A DNA stretch of 64,000 bases, from positions 56,571-120,570 of the forward strand of contig CAWISJ010000004.1 of NCBI GenBank assembly GCA_963838745.1. Reading direction: 5' to 3'. The DNA comes from an uncultured Actinomycetes bacterium (GTDB lineage Bacteria; Actinomycetota; Thermoleophilia; Solirubrobacterales; 70-9). The notes beneath the pieces are model-generated. The model was not told the origin of the DNA and did no database searches. It worked only from the letters and a program-made list of their open reading frames with translations. Positions 16,405 to 25,447 of this stretch are shown here, piece after piece. Position numbers and translations under genes: made by a program. Numbering within the stretch: the stretch's first letter is position 1; each line of letters opens with the position of its first letter.

Positions 16405-17102
16405 GTTCGGGTTGGCGCCTGGGTGGCGCTCGAGCCCGGCGCCGCGCCGTTGGAGCCCGGCGACGGCCCTCCGTTCGAGCCAACCATCTGCGCCTCGTCC
16501 AGGTGCGCCTCGCGGTAGCGCTCGATCGTTTCCCGAGCGCGATGCAGGGCCATGAACCTGCGAGGCGACCAAGATCTCAGCTTGCCCAGGTCATCGGCCA
16601 CCCAGACCAGCGCCCCCAGCAGCCCGGTCATCTCGCGCTCCGCGTCGCGGCACCGGTCGCGCCACTCACCGGCCAGCGCCCTCAGGCGTGCGAGGTCCCA
16701 ATGCAGCGTCGAGTCCTCCAACCGCCTCACGAAGCTGAGCTCGTCGGCGTAGCAATAGAGATCAGCGGACAGCGCCGGCCGCTCCTCGACGGGAATCGGC
16801 GTCGCCCGACGCTCGCTGAAGCGTCTTCCCTCCAGGCCGCGTCCCAGCCGGCGTTCTACTCGCGCTGGAGTACGACGACTGACCATGCCGCGCCTGTCGT
16901 CTCGGCTCCGCCTTTCGCCGCGCCGCTGCTCGATCACGACCTGGACATTCGGATCATCGGCAAAGTGGCTATGGAGCGGCTCCCAGAGCTTCGACAACTC
17001 CGGGGGGACGATGCAGTAGATCGTCGACTGATTCTCTGCGGAATCGTCCTCCGATCGTTGGCGAGTCCTGGATGGCGACCCTGTCACCAGCCCCTCCATC
17101 AA
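16401..17102 (-). CDS. Hypothetical protein (no recognisable domain)
   Basis: 233 aa. Overlaps the HD-GYP gene stop by 4 nt (ATGA). Central Arg-rich segment RRGERRSRDDRRGMVSRR. Confidence 0.5.
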   Translation of the reverse strand: MMEGLVTGSPSRTRQRSEDDSAENQSTIYCIVPPELSKLWEPLHSHFADDPNVQVVIEQRRGERRSRDDRRGMVSRRTPARVERRLGRGLEGRRFSERRATPIPVEERPALSADLYCYADELSFVRRLEDSTLHWDLARLRALAGEWRDRCRDAEREMTGLLGALVWVADDLGKLRSWSPRRFMALHRARETIERYREAHLDEAQMVGSNGGPSPGSNGAAPGSSATQAPTRT

Positions 17103-17845
17103 ATTGAGGAGGCAACCGAGATCCGGGATCGGTCCGAACGCCTGCGCTGACCGGCCGGGAACAGCGCGCCGCGAATCCGGCGGTAGTCCTCGGGGTGGAG
17201 GCCGCTGCCGTTGGCTGCCCCGATCGTGTAGGAGGTCACCACCCGGCGCTCCTCGGACAGGCGCAAGCTGCCGTTGCCGAGCAGCTCCACCAAGCAGTCG
17301 GCAACATGCCGATCGAACTGCCGGCCCGACTGCTCGACCAGCTCATTCATCGCCTCCTCGAGGCTCAGGGGATCGCGATAGGCACGAGCGATGGTCATCG
17401 CGTCCAGGGCGTCAGCGGCGCCCAGGATGCGGCTCGGCAGCGGGATCCGCTCGCCGGCCAAGCCGTCCGGGTATCCGGTGCCATCCCAGCGCTCGTGGTG
17501 ATGACGGATCCAGGTGGCGATCTCCTCCAGGCCCAGCGCCAGCACCATTCGCTCTCCCGCCTCGCTGTGGTCCTGAACCAGCTCGAACTCGTCTGGGCTC
17601 AACGGGCCTGGTTTCAAGAGCACCTCATCGGGGACCGCGAGCTTGCCCACGTCGTGCAGGGTGCCGGCGATCGTGATCTGTTCGATGTGTTCGATCGGGA
17701 GCCCGATGTGCACGGCTACCGCCGTCGCGTACAACGCCACACGCTCGGAGTGGTTGCGGGTGCAGCGGTCCTTGTCGTCGACCGCCTGGGCCAGGGCGTG
17801 GATCGTTCCCATCGCCCTCGGTCCACCCTCTAGTAGTGCAGTCAT
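17099..17845 (-). CDS. HD-GYP domain protein (putative c-di-GMP phosphodiesterase), no sensor domain
   Basis: HSERVA...LHDVGKLAVP...HHERWDGTGYPDGL...ADALDAMT. Confidence 0.85.
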   Translation of the reverse strand: MTALLEGGPRAMGTIHALAQAVDDKDRCTRNHSERVALYATAVAVHIGLPIEHIEQITIAGTLHDVGKLAVPDEVLLKPGPLSPDEFELVQDHSEAGERMVLALGLEEIATWIRHHHERWDGTGYPDGLAGERIPLPSRILGAADALDAMTIARAYRDPLSLEEAMNELVEQSGRQFDRHVADCLVELLGNGSLRLSEERRVVTSYTIGAANGSGLHPEDYRRIRGALFPAGQRRRSDRSRISVASSI

Positions 17846-18028
17846 AAGCTCTCGTCCCGTTGGCTACGACCTGCGGTTGCCGCGCAACTGACTCGCGGGG
17901 TATCTGCCGTATGGCGCTTCAGCCAAATCGGCATCGTTTCGTTCCGTCCGAATCACCGTAGCGCAGCTCATTACTGGAAAACAAGTAGGAACCGTCGCAG
18001 GGGATCCGGCGACAGCGCGCTTGCCCGG

Positions 18029-18334
18029 TTGATCGTTAGCCTGGTGCCGGTGAGCCTCAGGGCGGGGCCCTACACCTTCTCGCACGTCACCTACGACCCG
18101 CCCAGTGACGTGCTCTACGCGGCGCTCGGGCGCCCGCGGCCAGGCACCCGGGTGCAGACGCCCGAGTCCCACTACCTTCGCTTCGACGGCAGTGGTCGGT
18201 TCTCCGGGATCATCTTCATGAGCCCGCGCGAGCAGCTCGAGCGGGAGGGCGGCGTGTACGTAAGCCTGCCCGAGGGGGATCGCGTCCGGGTGCAGGGGAT
18301 CGAGGCGCTGGTGCGCGACGCCGAGCTGGATTAG
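18029..18334 (+). CDS. Small DUF2283-like protein
   Basis: VTYDPPSDVLYAAL resembles the DUF2283 YDxExDxLYI motif. The start is uncertain (TTG 18029 or GTG 18050). Confidence 0.45.
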   Translation: MIVSLVPVSLRAGPYTFSHVTYDPPSDVLYAALGRPRPGTRVQTPESHYLRFDGSGRFSGIIFMSPREQLEREGGVYVSLPEGDRVRVQGIEALVRDAELD

Positions 18335-18393
18335 GCCTCGACCGGCCGCCGGCTTTCTCACGTTTCGGTCGCCCCCGCCGTTTCTGTAGTTGG

Positions 18394-18930
18394 ATGAACG
18401 CAATGGCCCAGGCCCTGCCGCCGTTTCAGGCTTTTCTGGACGATCACCTACACCCCGTCCGTGCCTTTCTGCGCGGGATGGTGGGCCCCAACGACGCCGA
18501 GGACTGCCTGCAGGAGACGTTCCTGGCCGCCCTGCGAGCCTATCCCCGGGCGGAGCCCGGAAATCTCCGAGCCTGGGTCCTGACGATCGCCCGCCGCAAG
18601 GCCATCGACCATCACCGGGCCCGGGCCAGGGGGCCGAGGCCGGTGGCGGAGCCGCAGCAGCTGATCGACGGCCGGACCGGCCGCGAGGGCACGGGCTCGA
18701 TTGGCGGCGCGCTCGGTATGAGCCCCCGGCACAGCGAGATCTGGGCCGCGGTCGCGGAGTTGCCTGCGAGTCAGCGGGCGGCGGTGGTGCTGCGGTTCGC
18801 AGTCGACCTGCGCTACCGCGACGTCGGGGAGGCGATGGGGACGTCGGAGGATGCGGCCCGTCGAAACGTCCACGAAGCATTGAAGAAACTGCGCGCGAGC
18901 GCAGCGGAGCTGAAGGAGATGACGAGATGA
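18394..18930 (+). CDS. ECF-type RNA polymerase sigma-70 family factor
   Basis: Region 2 reads DAEDCLQETFLAALRAYP...LRAWVLTIARRKAIDHHR. Region 4 reads LPASQRAAVVLRFAVDLRYRDVGEAMGTSEDAARRNVHEALKKLR. Confidence 0.85.
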   Translation: MNAMAQALPPFQAFLDDHLHPVRAFLRGMVGPNDAEDCLQETFLAALRAYPRAEPGNLRAWVLTIARRKAIDHHRARARGPRPVAEPQQLIDGRTGREGTGSIGGALGMSPRHSEIWAAVAELPASQRAAVVLRFAVDLRYRDVGEAMGTSEDAARRNVHEALKKLRASAAELKEMTR

Positions 18931-19481
18931 GCGAGTTCGCCGACCGGCTGGCGGCGCGGGCAAACGAGGAAGGGCTCGTGGATGTCGCCTACGCGACCGT
19001 GGAGATGCCGCTCGGCACCGGGCTGGTGGCTGCCACGCCGAAGGGCCTGGTGCGCGTGGCGCTTCCCAACCAGCCGATCGATGAGGTGCTCGCCCGGCTC
19101 GCCGAGGACGTCTCGCCCCGGGTGCTGGAGTTTCCCGCCCGCCTTGACGAGGCGCGCCGCGAGCTGGACCAGTACTTCCAGGGCCGGCGCGATCACTTCG
19201 AGCTGCCGCTCGACTGGCGGCTCAGCCATCCGGGTTTCTACCGGCGGGTGCTGCGGGCCACCGCGCGGGTGCCGTTCGGCGAGGTGATCACCTACGGCGA
19301 TGCGGCCCGGCGGGCCGGAAACCCGCGCGCTTCCCGCGCGGCCGGAACGGCGCTGGGCTCGAACCCGATCCCGATCGTCGTCCCGTGCCACCGCGTGATC
19401 CGCACCGGCGGCGAGGTTGGCAACTACGGTGGCGGCCCCGAGATGAAGCGTTTCCTGCTCGAGCTGGAGGGCGCCCTGTAG
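18927..19481 (+). CDS. ogt: Methylated-DNA--protein-cysteine methyltransferase
   Basis: VPFGEVITYGDAA...SNPIPIVVPCHRVI...YGGG. The start ATG overlaps the sigma stop (ATGA). Confidence 0.85.
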   Translation: MSEFADRLAARANEEGLVDVAYATVEMPLGTGLVAATPKGLVRVALPNQPIDEVLARLAEDVSPRVLEFPARLDEARRELDQYFQGRRDHFELPLDWRLSHPGFYRRVLRATARVPFGEVITYGDAARRAGNPRASRAAGTALGSNPIPIVVPCHRVIRTGGEVGNYGGGPEMKRFLLELEGAL

Positions 19482-19526
19482 GGGACTGAAGGACGCCCCA
19501 TGGAGCGCGTGCACTAAGCTGCGGCC

Positions 19527-20084
19527 ATGGTCGTAGTGATCATCATCGCGGTTCTGGTCGTTCTGGCCGTGCTGATCTTCATCGGGATCAACAACTCGAT
19601 GATCGGGGCCCGCAACCGCGTCGACGAGGCCTGGTCCGGAATCGACGTGCAGCTGAAACGCCGCCATGACCTGGTGCCCAACCTGGTCGAAACCGTGAAG
19701 GGCTACGCGACGCACGAGCGCGAAACCTTCCAGAAGGTGACCGAGGCACGGGCGGAGGCGATGAAGGCGCAGGGCCCGGCTCAGGCGGGCGCCGCCGAGG
19801 GCCGGCTGAGCGCGATGCTCGGCGACCTGCGGGCGATCGCCGAGAACTATCCGGAGCTACGGGCCACCGAGAACTTCCAGCAGCTGTCGCGCAACCTGTC
19901 CGAGCTCGAGGACGAGATCCAGGCCTCGCGGCGGATCTACAACTCGAACGTGCAGGCCTACAACACCAAGATCCAGGTGTTCCCGAATTCGGTCATTGCC
20001 GGGATGCGCGACTTCGAGGAAAAGGAGTTCTTCGAGATCGCCGACGCTGCCGACCGCGAGCCGGTACAGGTCAGCTTCAACTAG
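19527..20084 (+). CDS. lemA: LemA family membrane protein
   Basis: N-terminal TM helix, then VDEAWSGIDVQLKRRHDLVPNLVETVKGYA.HE...YPELRA...RIYNSNVQAYNT. Confidence 0.85.
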   Translation: MVVVIIIAVLVVLAVLIFIGINNSMIGARNRVDEAWSGIDVQLKRRHDLVPNLVETVKGYATHERETFQKVTEARAEAMKAQGPAQAGAAEGRLSAMLGDLRAIAENYPELRATENFQQLSRNLSELEDEIQASRRIYNSNVQAYNTKIQVFPNSVIAGMRDFEEKEFFEIADAADREPVQVSFN

Positions 20085-20096
20085 GTCGGCCTCAGG

Positions 20097-21092
20097 TCAG
20101 CAGGGCGTCTTGATGGGCGCCCGCGAATCGACCACCACGAAGGCGGTGCCGGGGACGGTCTTGAGGCGATTCAGGTCGCCGTCCCTCCAGCGCGTGGAGC
20201 GGGCACCGGTGATGAACCAGTTGGATCCGGCGCCACCGTTGTCGGCGTTGACCATCCCGTAGTGATAGAGCGCCCTGAAGATGACGCGCGACTGGCTGCC
20301 GTCGGGAAAGCGGTGCAGGTTGTGCTGGAAGTACGAGCGACGCATGCGCAGGCGAAGCCCCATCGGGGGAAGGTCGGGGTCGCACTGGTCGGAGGCGTAG
20401 TGGGTCGCGGGGTGGATGTAGGCGCGACGGGTCTCGGCGAAGGTGACGCGGATGGCATGCCGGACGCTGCCGTTCTTGACCTCGCCGTGACGCACGAGGC
20501 CGGGGAGGATCGGCAGGCCCGCCGCGTCGGCTGAGGTCCAGCCGTCATCGCGAAGCCTGGTCGAGCGCAGGTCGAAGCGAGCCGTCGAGCCCGCGTTCCA
20601 ACGGTGTCCGGTGCCGCCGACGTAGTGGGCGGCGAACATCTCGAACAGGTCGCACTGGCCGCGCTGGAGAACGAGCACGTGGCGGTCCGACCCGTTCTCG
20701 ACCGGCGCCCCGGGCGGAATCGGGGCGAGTCCGAAGTCGCTCTGGTCGGGGTAGCCGGTGACCGTGACACGCACCCTGCGCTGGTCCCGCCCGACCGTGG
20801 TGTAGGGGATCCCATACGTGCCGTTGCCGCCAAAGTCCGGGTGGACCACCTGGTTGCCGCCGAGGCCAGTGATCATGTCGATGTAGTCGCCGGAGTTCGG
20901 GTCGACGGGGGCCTTCGAGACGTCCTGGTTCCAGGCGCTCTGGTTGGCGGCCGAACGGGCATTCGCTGGGCCCGCGAAGGCGGGGAAGACATTGCAGCCG
21001 CCGATCCGAGGCGGCGTGGCAGCCGCCGTGGACGCGTCTCCCAGCGCCGGCGGGAGCAGCGCGACGCTCACCACCGCGGTCCACACCCGCAT
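20097..21092 (-). CDS. Secreted conserved hypothetical protein
   Basis: Start set at Met 21092, giving the signal peptide MRVWTAVVSVALLPPALGDAS. Conserved-looking blocks include WTSADAAGLPILPGLVRHGEV and HAIRVTF. Confidence 0.6.
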   Translation of the reverse strand: MRVWTAVVSVALLPPALGDASTAAATPPRIGGCNVFPAFAGPANARSAANQSAWNQDVSKAPVDPNSGDYIDMITGLGGNQVVHPDFGGNGTYGIPYTTVGRDQRRVRVTVTGYPDQSDFGLAPIPPGAPVENGSDRHVLVLQRGQCDLFEMFAAHYVGGTGHRWNAGSTARFDLRSTRLRDDGWTSADAAGLPILPGLVRHGEVKNGSVRHAIRVTFAETRRAYIHPATHYASDQCDPDLPPMGLRLRMRRSYFQHNLHRFPDGSQSRVIFRALYHYGMVNADNGGAGSNWFITGARSTRWRDGDLNRLKTVPGTAFVVVDSRAPIKTPC

Positions 21093-21265
21093 TCGCCCAC
21101 CGATCGTCACGCCTTGATTATCGGCTCGATCGCGACGAATGTGGAGCAGGCCACAGCGCGGAGGCCTCGGCCGAGGAGCAAGGGCGGCGGCAGGAACGGC
21201 GGGATCGGCGCTGAATCGAGCAGCCGAGGGCATCCGCCCACCCGCGGCCTCGGACCGGCAGCGCC

Positions 21266-22246
21266 ATGATCGTCGACTGCGCCTACTACAAGGACCGCAA
21301 GCGCCAGCACGAGGGGCCGCTCGACCTCGAGCGGGCCCTGGAGTGCGCGAAGAGCGACCAGGGCTTCGTCTGGCTCGGGATGCTCGAGCCGACCAAGGAG
21401 GAGTTGGCTGCGGCCAGCCGCGCCTTCAACCTCCCCAAGCTCGCCGTGGAGGACACCGTGCAAGCGCATCAGCGGCCCAAGCTCGAGGAGTACGAGGGCC
21501 ACTTCTTCGTCGTCTTGAAGACCTCGCGCTACGACGAGGCCCAGGAGCGGGTCCACTTCGGCGAGATCCACATCTTCCTCGGGCGGGGCTACGCGGTCAC
21601 GGTTCGTCACGGCGAGGCGAGCACCCTGCAACCCGCCCGCCAGCGACTCGAAGGGAAGTACTCGGAGCTCCTCGATTCAGGCCCGGCGGCCGTCGCGTGG
21701 GCCGTGCTCGATCAGGTCGTGGACGACTACGAGCCGGTGACCGCCGGAATCGACGACGACATCGAGGAGGTGGAGGAGGCGGTGTTCACCCAAAAGGGTG
21801 ACTCGAGCCAGCGGATCTATTTCCTGAAGCGTGAGGTGATCGAGTTCCACCGATCGGTCTTCCCCCTGCTCGCGCCGCTGGAGGCGCTCGAGCGCGGCGC
21901 CTTCCCCCAGATCCCGGACGACCTGCGTCGCTATTTCCGGGACGTCGCCGACCACGCCCGGCGGGTGGACGAGCAGATCCACTCGCAGCGCGAGCTTCTG
22001 ACCAGCATCCTGCAGGCCAACCTGTCGCTGGTCAGCGTGCAGCAGAACAAGAACGTGCAGACGATCTCGGCCTGGGCCGCGATCATTGCGGTGCCGACCT
22101 TCCTGGCCAGCATCTGGGGGATGAACTTCGAGCACATGCCCGAACTGAGGTCGGTGCTCGGGTACCCCATGGCGCTGCTCCTGATAGCTCGCGTCGACCC
22201 TTGTGCTGCACCGCTTCTTCAGGCGGATCGAGTGGCTCTAACCTAG
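21266..22246 (+). CDS. corA: CorA magnesium/cobalt transporter; last roughly 19 codons out of frame
   Basis: GMNFEHMPEL...GYP motif. The canonical tail LASTLVLHRFFRRIEWL* is encoded in the +1 frame (22188-22241). Confidence 0.85.
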   Translation: MIVDCAYYKDRKRQHEGPLDLERALECAKSDQGFVWLGMLEPTKEELAAASRAFNLPKLAVEDTVQAHQRPKLEEYEGHFFVVLKTSRYDEAQERVHFGEIHIFLGRGYAVTVRHGEASTLQPARQRLEGKYSELLDSGPAAVAWAVLDQVVDDYEPVTAGIDDDIEEVEEAVFTQKGDSSQRIYFLKREVIEFHRSVFPLLAPLEALERGAFPQIPDDLRRYFRDVADHARRVDEQIHSQRELLTSILQANLSLVSVQQNKNVQTISAWAAIIAVPTFLASIWGMNFEHMPELRSVLGYPMALLLIARVDPCAAPLLQADRVALT

Positions 22247-22251
22247 GCTGC

Positions 22252-23157
22252 GTGCAACTCCCGGTCGCCCACCTCGCGGGCGCATTCGAGCCGCTTCAGC
22301 TCGCCCCCGTGGCGGTGATTGCGGGCCTGTATGTCGCCCGCGCCCACACGCTGGCGCTCCGCGGCCGGCCGGTGCCCGGGTGGCGGCAGCTGTGCTTCGC
22401 GGCGGGGATCCTCCTGATGCTGGTCGCGCTCGTCTCGCCGCTGGCGGCGCTCGACCACGAGCTGGTCTGGGTCCACATGGCCCAGCACCTGCTGCTGGCG
22501 GACCTGGCGGCGCTGTTGATCGTGCTCGGCCTGACCGGCCCGCTGCTGCAGCCGCTGCTCGCCACCCGCGGCCTCGGCTGGCTTCGCCTTCTGAGCCAGC
22601 CGGTCGTGGCCCTGCCCCTGTGGCTGGCCAACCTCTATCTCTGGCACCTGCCCGCCCTCTACCAGGCGGCGCTCTCGAACCAGGCCGTGCACGCGCTCGA
22701 GCACGCCTGCTTCGTGGGCTTCGGGATCGCGATGTGGATGGCGCTCCTCGGCCCGCTGCCGAAGCCGGACTGGTTCGGAAACGGCGCCCGCTTGATCTAC
22801 GTCGTGGTGGTCCGGTTCGGTGGGGCCGTGCTCGCCAACGTCCTGCTGTGGGCGGGATCGCCCCTATACCCGGACTACGCGCCGGGCGAGGCCGTGCACG
22901 GGATCACGCCGCTTGCTGACCAGGGTGCGGCGGGGGTCTTGATGATGATCGAGCAGAGCCTGGTGACCCTGGGCCTGTTCGCATGGCTGTTCTTCCGCGC
23001 CGCGCAGCAGAGCGATGAGCGGCAGGCGCTTCTGGACCTCGCGGCGGAGCGCGGCGTGGCGCTGGACGAGGCCCGGGCGGCCCGGGCGGTGGCGGCCGGG
23101 CAGGGCGGGCGCCTGCGCGAACGGATCGCCGGCGAGGCAGTGGCGAGCAAGCGGTAG
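22252..23157 (+). CDS. Cytochrome c oxidase assembly factor CtaG-like (Caa3_CtaG) membrane protein
   Basis: Polytopic protein with HMAQHLLLADLAALLIVLG and HALEHACFVGFGIAMW. Start set at GTG 22252. Confidence 0.7.
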   Translation: MQLPVAHLAGAFEPLQLAPVAVIAGLYVARAHTLALRGRPVPGWRQLCFAAGILLMLVALVSPLAALDHELVWVHMAQHLLLADLAALLIVLGLTGPLLQPLLATRGLGWLRLLSQPVVALPLWLANLYLWHLPALYQAALSNQAVHALEHACFVGFGIAMWMALLGPLPKPDWFGNGARLIYVVVVRFGGAVLANVLLWAGSPLYPDYAPGEAVHGITPLADQGAAGVLMMIEQSLVTLGLFAWLFFRAAQQSDERQALLDLAAERGVALDEARAARAVAAGQGGRLRERIAGEAVASKR

Positions 23158-23162
23158 GCCGA

Positions 23163-23294
23163 GTGCAGCCCCTGACCACGAGGGACCGCTTCCTCGCCTG
23201 GCTGGTCACGGGGCCGGTCGGTCGGCTGGTCGCGTTCGTGCTCGACTTCGTCACGGCCCTGGCTCGCGGAACGATCAATAGGCTGCGGCGATGA
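23163..23294 (+). CDS. Candidate 43-aa hydrophobic small ORF coupled to tig
   Basis: [43 protein letters not shown]. 38 of 43 codons end in G/C. Its stop TGA overlaps the tig ATG (ATGA). Below the ORF-track size cut-off. Confidence 0.35.
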   Translation: MQPLTTRDRFLAWLVTGPVGRLVAFVLDFVTALARGTINRLRR

Positions 23295-24670
23295 AGACCT
23301 CTGTTACCGAGCTGGGTGACTCGCGCGTTCGGGTCGAGGTGGGCATCGAGCCCGACACGGTTCAGCATCGACTCGAGCGCGCCGCGCTTGAGCTGGCGCG
23401 CGACATGCGCATGCCGGGCTTTCGCAAGGGCAAGGTCCCGCCGCAGCTCGTGATCCAGCGCGTCGGCCGCGAAGCCGTGCTGGAGCAGGCGCTCCGCGAC
23501 TCGCTGCCGGAGTGGTACGAGCGGGCACTGCTGGAGTCGGGCATCACCCCGGTCGGTGATCCCGAGCTGAACGTCCCCACGCTTCCCGATGCGGGTGAGG
23601 AGCTGTCGTTCTCGATCGAGGTCGCGGTGCGGCCGAGCGCCAGGCTCGGCGAGTACAAGGGACTGGAGGTGGGCAGGGCCGAGGCCGAGGTTCCCGAGGA
23701 CGCCGTGCAGGCCGAGCTCGATCGGCTCCGCGAGGGGTTCGCCAGCCTCGACCCCGTTGATCGCCCTGCTGAAAAGGGTGACCTCCTGGTGATCGACTAC
23801 TCGGGGACCGTGGACGGTGAGGCGTTCGAGGGCTCGGAGGCCACCGACCTGATGGTCGAGCTTGGAGCGGAGAGCCTGCTGGCGGAGTTCGACCAGGCCC
23901 TGGTCGGCGCCTCGGCGGGCGACGAGGTGGAGGTCGAGGTCCATTTCCCGGAAGACCACCGCCCCGAGAGCCTGGCGGGCAAGCAGGCAAGCTTCAAGGT
24001 CGCCGTCAAGGAGGTTCGAGAGAAGGAGCTCCCGGACCTGGATGACGAGTTCGCGGCCGAGGCCTCGGAGTTCGAGACCCTCGACGAGCTTCGCGACGAG
24101 ATCAGCCGGCGGCTCGCCGCGGCGATCGAGATCCGGGTCGACGGGGAGTTCCGCGAGGCGGCCGTGGATGTCGCCGCCGACGCGGCGCAGATCGACCTGC
24201 CCTCCGAGCTCGTCCACGCCCGCGCCCACGAGATGTGGGAGCGGCTCGAACGGTCGCTGGCCTCACGTGGCGCGAGCGCCGAGAGCTTCCTGCGAATGGA
24301 GGGAAAGACTCGGGAGCAGGCGGTCACCGACCTCGAATCGGACGCCGAGCAAGCGCTGCGCCGCGAGGCGACGCTGGAGGCGGTAGCCGATGCCGAGGGG
24401 ATCGAGGTCTCCGAGGAGGAGATGCTCGAGGCGTTGCGACCGGGCGAGGGCGAGGAGGAGCCAGCAAAGCTGTTGGAGCGCCTTCGCGCGAGCGGCCGCG
24501 ACGCGTTGCTCCGCGAGGACCTGCGACTGCGCAAGGCGGTCGACGTGATTGCTGGATCGGCGAAGGCGATCCCCCAGGAACAGGCTGCCGTCCGCGAGCG
24601 GCTGTGGACGCCGGAGAAGGAGAAGCCCGAAGGGAGCGAGGCCAGCCTCTGGACGCCGGGGGACGGATAG
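23291..24670 (+). CDS. tig: Trigger factor
   Basis: 459 aa, [10 protein letters not shown] motif, position upstream of clpP. Confidence 0.95.
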   Translation: MKTSVTELGDSRVRVEVGIEPDTVQHRLERAALELARDMRMPGFRKGKVPPQLVIQRVGREAVLEQALRDSLPEWYERALLESGITPVGDPELNVPTLPDAGEELSFSIEVAVRPSARLGEYKGLEVGRAEAEVPEDAVQAELDRLREGFASLDPVDRPAEKGDLLVIDYSGTVDGEAFEGSEATDLMVELGAESLLAEFDQALVGASAGDEVEVEVHFPEDHRPESLAGKQASFKVAVKEVREKELPDLDDEFAAEASEFETLDELRDEISRRLAAAIEIRVDGEFREAAVDVAADAAQIDLPSELVHARAHEMWERLERSLASRGASAESFLRMEGKTREQAVTDLESDAEQALRREATLEAVADAEGIEVSEEEMLEALRPGEGEEEPAKLLERLRASGRDALLREDLRLRKAVDVIAGSAKAIPQEQAAVRERLWTPEKEKPEGSEASLWTPGDG

Positions 24671-24695
24671 CGCGCTTTTATACACTGCTCGCGCG

Positions 24696-25280
<585 letters not shown>

Positions 25281-25332
25281 CCGGTGCCCTCACGGCTGGC
25301 CGCGCGCCAGCCACCCGGATCCGCGTCGACGA

Positions 25333-25372
25333 TTGAAGCATTTGGTGGGCTATAGGCCACAAAATGCTTCAA
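25333..25372. repeat. 40-nt palindromic hairpin element, copy 1
   Basis: TTGAAGCATTTGGTGGGC-TATA-GGCCACAAAATGCTTCAA gives 16 of 18 pairs. Lies 52 nt after the clpP stop. A related copy is at 42813-42851. Confidence 0.7.
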
Positions 25373-25447
25373 CCATGGCCGCCGCCGACTGCGGCGCCTC
25401 GAACCGCCCGGCCGTTGGGCGGCTTGAACGCTTCGGCTCTCAGCCGA

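Noticed and set aside
17846-18028. Lower-GC spacer possibly hiding a DUF4258-type toxin partner for the DUF2283-like ORF
   Set aside because: Only a 16-codon ORF fits, with no toxin-like sequence.
21093-21265. Mg2+ (M-box) riboswitch upstream of corA
   Set aside because: I could identify no recognisable M-box helices or conserved loops. This cannot be excluded without a covariance-model scan.
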